Shown here: piece after piece, positions 58,073 through 64,000 of the stretch
Position numbering within the stretch: the first letter of the stretch is position 1
How the letters are laid out: each line of letters opens with the position of its first letter
Source: Hyphochytrium catenoides
Taxonomy: Eukaryota; Protista; Hyphochytriomycota
NCBI GenBank assembly: GCA_900088475.1
Contig: FLMG01000265.1
Location: 186,001 to 250,000, forward strand
DNA length: 64,000 nucleotides
Direction of reading: 5' to 3'
Translations under genes and position numbers: made by a program
The notes under the pieces: generated by a model
Seen by the model: the letters and a program-made list of their open reading frames with translations, nothing else
Database searches by the model: none
Told to the model about the DNA's origin: nothing

Positions 58073-59110
58073 TATTGTTGGGTACGCAGACAGAGTGACG
58101 TCGGACAATGAAAATGGGGAGACGAAGCAGACCCCATTGTGGCAGCACCAGGGCCAGAGGCCTAACATTATCTATGGACACGGAGAACTATTGTGTACAC
58201 CTCTCTTCAACGAGCTAAGTGGCGTTTAGCTTTCCTTTTTGATTGTCCAGTGCTGATGTAGACGGTGCCTGAAGTGAATGACATCAGCGGTTATAAGACA
58301 GAGATTATCGATACTTTCTAGATCCTCTTCTGACCTTTCACGGGCTGGGTAGAGGAGAACAGTTGTGACTGAGAAGGTTCAATCTCGGTCTCTCTGTCAC
58401 GGTTTCTGCTGCTGGTTCTTCAGGTATCTATACCGACTCTGTCTCACTTAACTCGCATCTCTCGATTGCTCTGTCTCGCTATTGTGGGGGAGATGATAAT
58501 AACTCTCGTCAGTTTTTTCGCAAATGTATGGGTACTGGTACTACTTGCTAATAATAGACGCATTCTTACCCCTCTCTTCAAACTCTGTCTCTCGCTCTCC
58601 TTGGTTCATTGACCTCTTTCTCGTCTCTTTGGGTCGCTCTGTCTGGTGTCTCGTCTCTTACGAGGACTTCTTATCTGTGGTCTCGTGTCTTGTGCCTGTC
58701 AACATCTCTTAGACCGCTTGCTTGAGAGGCAGAGGTCCATCGTCTGCTCGGCTCAGTACGAGCCTGGGGATTCTTTCAGGCATCGGCGCTTCCTGCTTCT
58801 CATCATCGTCGATTGGCACAGCAGAAGCTAGTTGTCATGCGGCAGCAGAGGTAGAGAGAGCTGCGCTGGTCCTTCGATGGTTGCAGCCAGTGAAAGTGAA
58901 GACGCGAGTAGTGTGGGTGCATTTTAGAGCTCACGACAAGCTGACTGAAGTCTCTGTCACATCGTCCTCTCTTTCCATAAGCTGGAAGTCTCCTTCCACC
59001 TATTGCCACCCGAATAGGGTGCCTAATCCGCGTACCAACAGGGCAGTTAGCTTCTGCCTTGTGCAAGGATAGTTACCTTNNNNNNNNNNNNNNNNNNCTC
59101 TCTCTGAAAG

Positions 59111-60958
59111 GCTTCTGGAGGTTGAAGAGCGGCTGTCGGCCGCTGAAGTCGTGGAGAAGGATAAAAGCTTTCCTGCTCTCATTCCAACCATTTCGCCGCT
59201 TCTTATCGGCCTTATTCTCGCCACAATTGCATCATACCTCATCCTCATCTTCCCCCTGCAGCCTGTTATCGAAGATGCGTATGGTAGTAAGTATGACATC
59301 CTGCACCTCACTGTCATCTGGTCCATCCCGTTCATCTCTGTGGTCTTCACGTACTTCCACATCTGGGCAGCGCTCTGGATGACTTTCTATCCTGTCCATT
59401 TTGTTGGAGTCTTCCAGCTCAAGGGGGAACTCATGGGCAACGTCGGGTTACCCGGCTGGCAAGGGATCGTCCCCTTCAAGGCTGAAAAGATGGCAAAGAA
59501 GGCAGTGGAGCTGATGACCACTAAGTTGATCAATGTCAAAGAGGTTTTTCAGAAGCTTAATGCCATCCGAGTCGTTGAGGAGCTCGGACCAATGATCAAC
59601 ATACACACAAGGGAGCTGGTTGACGTCATAGCTGCGAAGTATAACCCGACGCTGTGGGCCGTGCTGCCTGGTCGGGTTAAGGACGAACTCATGACAAAGA
59701 TCATTGAAGACGCACCACCAGTTATCGCCGGTATGGTGGAGGACTTTAAGGAGAATATCGAGAACATTGTTGACCTGGAAGAGTTGGTCGTAGGACACAG
59801 CAAAAGGAATCCCAACCTCCTCATTCGCATGTTCATCAATTGCGGCTACTCAGAGCTCGTCTTTATCCGCAACTGCGGCGCCACTATGGGTTTTCTCTTT
59901 GGTCTGATTCAACTTGTCGTCTTCTTCTTCTACAATAACAAATATGTGGTCTTTCCCGTCTTTGGAACTGCGGTGGGAGCCTTCACAAACTATATCGCGC
60001 TGGCTTGTATCTTCAAGCCAGTTAACCCGATCTATATTGGGCCAATCAAGCTACATGGTACGTCTCCGTCTAGAAGTCTGTCAAGAGTGAGCGGGACCTA
60101 CGTACAGTAGGTTATAGGAACATCTGAAAGGAGGAGAAGAAGGCTTTCTTTGTTTCAGTTATATAGTATGTCGCGTCACTTAGATGAGATGATTAAATAT
60201 CCTTGTTTGGGCTTAATGTGTCAATAACCCTTCCCGTTCAACCCAGGTCTGTTTCTTCGTCACCAGAAGGAAGTCTCCAAGGAATACGGTCGGCTCGCTG
60301 CTAGGGACTTCCTGAATCCGCAAAATATCGCAGAAGCTATTGTGAAGGGCAAGGGCGATACGCTGATCACTATGATCTCCATGCACGTAGACAGGGCCGT
60401 TGACGAGCAATTTGGACGACTGCAGCCGGTGGTCTCGGGCGTGATGGGACCCAGAGAGTACGAGGAGATGAAGGAAGATTTCTCCAAGAAGATCGTAGAG
60501 CTCCTGCCAGAAACTGTTTGCGAGGTAAGGATAACCCAGCTCCCTCCGCTCTCTCCTCCGTCGTCGCCCCGTGTTATTGCCTTCATGATACTGCCTATGT
60601 ATGCCCAGGCTGCTTACGGTTGTTTCCTTAGCATTATTCGCCCTGATGCTTGGCCTCACTTTCAATGTTTGGAAAGCCGACTTGGTGTCTCTGGATGTTT
60701 GTCAAAACAGTTGGTTTTCCTGCTCTCGCGAGTACTAAATCATTCCCTGCTCTTTTCTGCATCTAGGTGGAAGGTTACCTACAGGAAGCCTTGCAGATCC
60801 AAGATACTCTTGAGACGGCTGTGGGCGGACTCACTTCCGAGAGCTTTGAGCAGCTGCTACACCCTGTGTTTGAGGAGGATGAGTGGAAGCTTGTTTTCCT
60901 AGGAGGCTTCTTGGGGGCGGTGATAGGTGCCATACAGATGACCTTTCTAGAAGGATAG
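59111..60958 (+). CDS. DUF445-family membrane protein (5' exon(s) not resolved, next to an N gap)
   Basis: WAALWMTFYP...GWQGIVPFKAEKMA, TNYIAL.CIFKP, G|LFLRHQKEVS and FEQLLHPVFEEDEWKLVFLGGFLGAVIG. Exons 59111-60057, 60247-60524 and 60767-60958. Confidence 0.85.
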
Positions 60959-61545
60959 TAAGCTGTCCTTTTGGTTCGCTTTTTTTTTTGTGTCCCAGGG
61001 CTATTTATATAAGACTAAGTCAAAGACCGAGGATGGTCTTATCCCCTTTCTGTGTCGGTCATACCATAGCAATCCTAAGGAGTCAGGGATTAGCGTTTCA
61101 CGGCGTCCTCTCTTGGCTAGTATGCTTCTTGGCCGGAGGAGTTTATCTTTGGGTCCCTCTTGTTGGGCCTGTTTTAGAGCTCCTATGTCCTATGTCTCTC
61201 CTCCACCTCTCCCATGGTACTTGCGATCAAGTCTAGCATTAATTCAAACCCTTGTCGCCCTTCGTCCATCAGAACATGCACGATATATATGAAAGGCCAA
61301 CGACAAACGATCGGCTGATGCATTTATTACGGCCATAAAAGTTAGAAAATGGGCCAGCTAACCCAAGATGATAGTGTTACTAACAGAACTGGAAGTGTCT
61401 AGTGGAGGCATGGACGTGTGAAAGTGATGATCAAAGCAACCCATGCCTTGCACTGTGGGATACTAGCTGATAGTAGAGGAACGTAAAGAGGAAAAGGAGA
61501 CGAACATAGAGAAGGAATCCCTCTCATATTCAAAAAAATGCCTAT

Positions 61546-63021
61546 CTACACAAGCCTATCCAGAAGCAAGACTAACAAGAAGCCCGTGTAGAACTGCAGC
61601 GTCACATACCAACGATCGGCATCCTCCTCCGCATGGGCTTCAACAAGCAACTCGTCCGCCACGAGGTAGAGCAAGGCAGCGATGCCGAATGCAATAAACC
61701 CAATGAAGAGTAGACCGGAGGCCCCTGCTAGCAAAGTACCTCCCAGTAGTCCTCCAATCAGAATGGTGAAAGGAAGACCCACCGAGGTGACAATCGCAGT
61801 TGACCGAGGCACTCCTCTCTCTCTCATTGTAGCAGAGACAGACATGCCTAAGAAGCTCATCTCGAGTGTGGAAGCAATGGCCAGGATCAGCCCTAGCTTT
61901 GGCTCTGCAACAGAGGATATACCAAGAAGGAGACCGTCGACCATGCTATCAACGCCTGCAGCAGCTATCAAACCCCATGGCATGCCCTTGAGTTTGCTCT
62001 GCGCCTTCGGCTCTGCAACTTCATCCTGAGCTTGGACCTTTGCAATGGCTGCCGCTTTGGTCTCTGCTGTTACCTTGATTCCTGTCGGTGTGTTCAGCTT
62101 CTGAAAGTATCCATCTACTTGCTTCTGGTTGGTAAGAGACGCAAGCTCTGCATGATAGGGTTTATGGGGTCGCTGATAGAAGTCATTGAACCCAGGAAGG
62201 TTGGTTCTTGGAGTCCTGTACGAGGGGTAGGGTTCATAGTAGGGTGAGGCTACCGGTGGATGAGGAGCTGGGGTGTGCGTCTCCGGGTACAACTGGGGAG
62301 AGACCAACGAAGACGGGTAGTGTGATGTGTGGCTATTATACTGCTTCTCCTGAGAGTTGTAGGACTGTTGCCCTTGCAGGACATAGTTGTTACTCTGATA
62401 CTTCATTGCCGCCTCCTCGTAGTATGTCGGCGCTCCTGAAGCCTCCTTGTTGCTATATATGAACATTAGTCCGTCCATGTTTGGGCCAAGCACTGTCGAC
62501 CTCCGTGCCGTAGTCCTTCGTTGATAGTGGTGATAGTGTCTTACACTACGTCGATACCTAAAGGCTGTAGACTCTCTAGGTCTTTGGGGAGGATAGAGAC
62601 TAGCCCGAGGCACAATGACTGATAATCGGCCATCCGGAAGCTCCTGGACAGCGATAGACTGCCGTCTCCCTTCTTCTGCCGTATTTCCACCTGCCACGTG
62701 TTCTTCCTCTTCATTGTCTTCTTCATCCCCTTCCAATGTCTCACAGATGTATCTGCCTACAAAGAGCATGATGGCTACACCACCGACAAAACCTATCACC
62801 ATCGCGATAGTTCCATTTATACTCATGTCCTTCTCTAGAATAGGCACCATCTCCCCTGCAATAGCAGCAAGGACGATACCAGCTGCAAAGTGTTGCACCG
62901 AGGACGTGATTCTTGGGCCTGGCTCATTCTTCAGGCACTGGAAGAGCAGCCCGCCTAGAATCATAGACGTCGTGGGGAACGCAGCCAACATGGCCGCGGT
63001 TGAGATGTCTCCCCCTCTCAT
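61546..63021 (-). CDS. ZIP/ZupT-family divalent metal transporter with a long cytosolic insertion
   Basis: QHFAAGIVLAAIAGEMVP, VDSMVDGLLLG, LEMSFLG and AALLYLVADELLVEAH. Three N-terminal TMs, a ~250-aa hydrophilic loop, then five TMs. Confidence 0.88.
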   Translation of the reverse strand: MRGGDISTAAMLAAFPTTSMILGGLLFQCLKNEPGPRITSSVQHFAAGIVLAAIAGEMVPILEKDMSINGTIAMVIGFVGGVAIMLFVGRYICETLEGDEEDNEEEEHVAGGNTAEEGRRQSIAVQELPDGRLSVIVPRASLYPPQRPRESTAFRYRRSVRHYHHYQRRTTARRSTVLGPNMDGLMFIYSNKEASGAPTYYEEAAMKYQSNNYVLQGQQSYNSQEKQYNSHTSHYPSSLVSPQLYPETHTPAPHPPVASPYYEPYPSYRTPRTNLPGFNDFYQRPHKPYHAELASLTNQKQVDGYFQKLNTPTGIKVTAETKAAAIAKVQAQDEVAEPKAQSKLKGMPWGLIAAAGVDSMVDGLLLGISSVAEPKLGLILAIASTLEMSFLGMSVSATMRERGVPRSTAIVTSVGLPFTILIGGLLGGTLLAGASGLLFIGFIAFGIAALLYLVADELLVEAHAEEDADRWYVTLQFYTGFLLVLLLDRLV

Positions 63022-63298
63022 AGCTGTGGTTGTGCTAATTGAGGGGACAACGCTGTCCCTTAAACTCTGGGAGAAAAGGGAGAGAAAACGCCGCTAGCGG
63101 CGCGGCGATCGGGGATCCAATGCTGTCGCGAAGAAGTTGCGTCTGCTGGTGAGAGAGTTATTGACTGATTGTCCCTCTTCCATGTCTAGTCGATGCTATG
63201 CAAAGTCCTGAACAAAAAGTAGAACTACTTCCTTGCAGCTTGAGAAAGTACCAGGAATGATGGCACAACCATCACGTCAACCCAAGGGACCGGTCTAG

Positions 63299-63301
<3 letters not shown>

Positions 63302-63369
<68 letters not shown>

Positions 63370-63505
63370 CCGGCCCACGAGTGTCCTGCAGTGTGAGTGA
63401 GTGAGAGAGAGAGAGACCTGCAGTGTGAGTGAGTGAGAGTGAGAGAGAGAGAGACTGCAGGACACTCGTGGGCGGGGGAAGAGAGAGAGAGAGAGAGAGA
63501 GAGAG
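63302..63505. repeat. (CT)n ... (GA)n flanked near-perfect inverted repeat (fold-back element)
   Basis: 63341-63392 is the reverse complement of 63454-63505 with one mismatch. The spacer contains a second copy of CCTGCAGTGTGAGTGAGTGAGAG. Confidence 0.85.
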
Positions 63506-64000
63506 GTGTTAGGTCACCAGAAAGCTGGGAGCGGAGGAGCTTCTGAAGAGTTCAGATGCTGAAGGAGGCCAAGAGACAGACAGAAAGCACCAAAAATTCA
63601 TCATCAACCTCTCGCCTACCAACGTTCTCTCTCTACTTTTAAGCACCCATATATATATTCAAATCTTCACTAACATTGTCCACCTCTATCGTTCTCTCTG
63701 TCTGCCCATCTCTCCCCCTCTGTCTCGTTAGATCTTCTGCTTGCTGTTGTGTGTTCCGCTTACCCCTTCGTCCTCCTGCTTCCTCCCTCCTCTTCATGAT
63801 GATACATTTCTACTCCAACAACCGCTTCTTGTAAAAGGTTCGTCTCTCGAGCCCTGTCCCTCAACTAATACGCTAGGCAGATGACGCTCTGTCTTGTGGA
63901 CCTTCCTACCCTTTAAGGGATAAAAGTGTTGGGCTCACAAAGTCATGATGGTGAGAACTTCTGGTTGAGGTTGGCCTAATATTAGCTATGGGAAAATAGA

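Noticed and set aside
57591-58229. ORFs of 62-196 aa on both strands
   Set aside because: They are artefacts of the (GA)n/(TC)n microsatellite (poly-LS and poly-RE translations).

Overview
This is eukaryotic nuclear DNA with short GT-AG introns and CTRAC-type branch points. The MIT-domain chitin synthases and the PDR transporter look oomycete-like, so a stramenopile of oomycete/pseudofungal type is inferred. Genes in order: 3' end of a Tubby-like gene; a chymotrypsin-fold peptidase with Cys in place of the catalytic Ser (GMCGGP); a paladin-like phosphatase; DUF1232/YkvA; SAC1; two tandem MIT-chitin synthases; an intronless PDR/ABCG transporter; a tomosyn/Lgl-like WD40 + PDZ + R-SNARE gene, possibly preceded by a spliced upstream ORF; a third MIT-chitin synthase; stand-alone TrpG; a NIPA-like transporter; a ~1,330-aa acidic disordered protein with four AKAP-like helix repeats; DUF445; and a bacterial-type ZIP transporter. 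Highlights: (1) three co-oriented MIT-chitin synthases share one intron position and flank an exporter and an exocytosis regulator; (2) an intron-containing 3C-like cysteine protease; (3) a multivalent AKAP-like repeat protein; (4) both paladin catalytic loops sit on equivalent 25-nt micro-exons; (5) a patchy CAG/CTG to TAG/CTA bias in intergenic DNA. I recognised no tRNA, rRNA, CRISPR array or intact transposon. All exon models were assembled by eye and no database searches were run.
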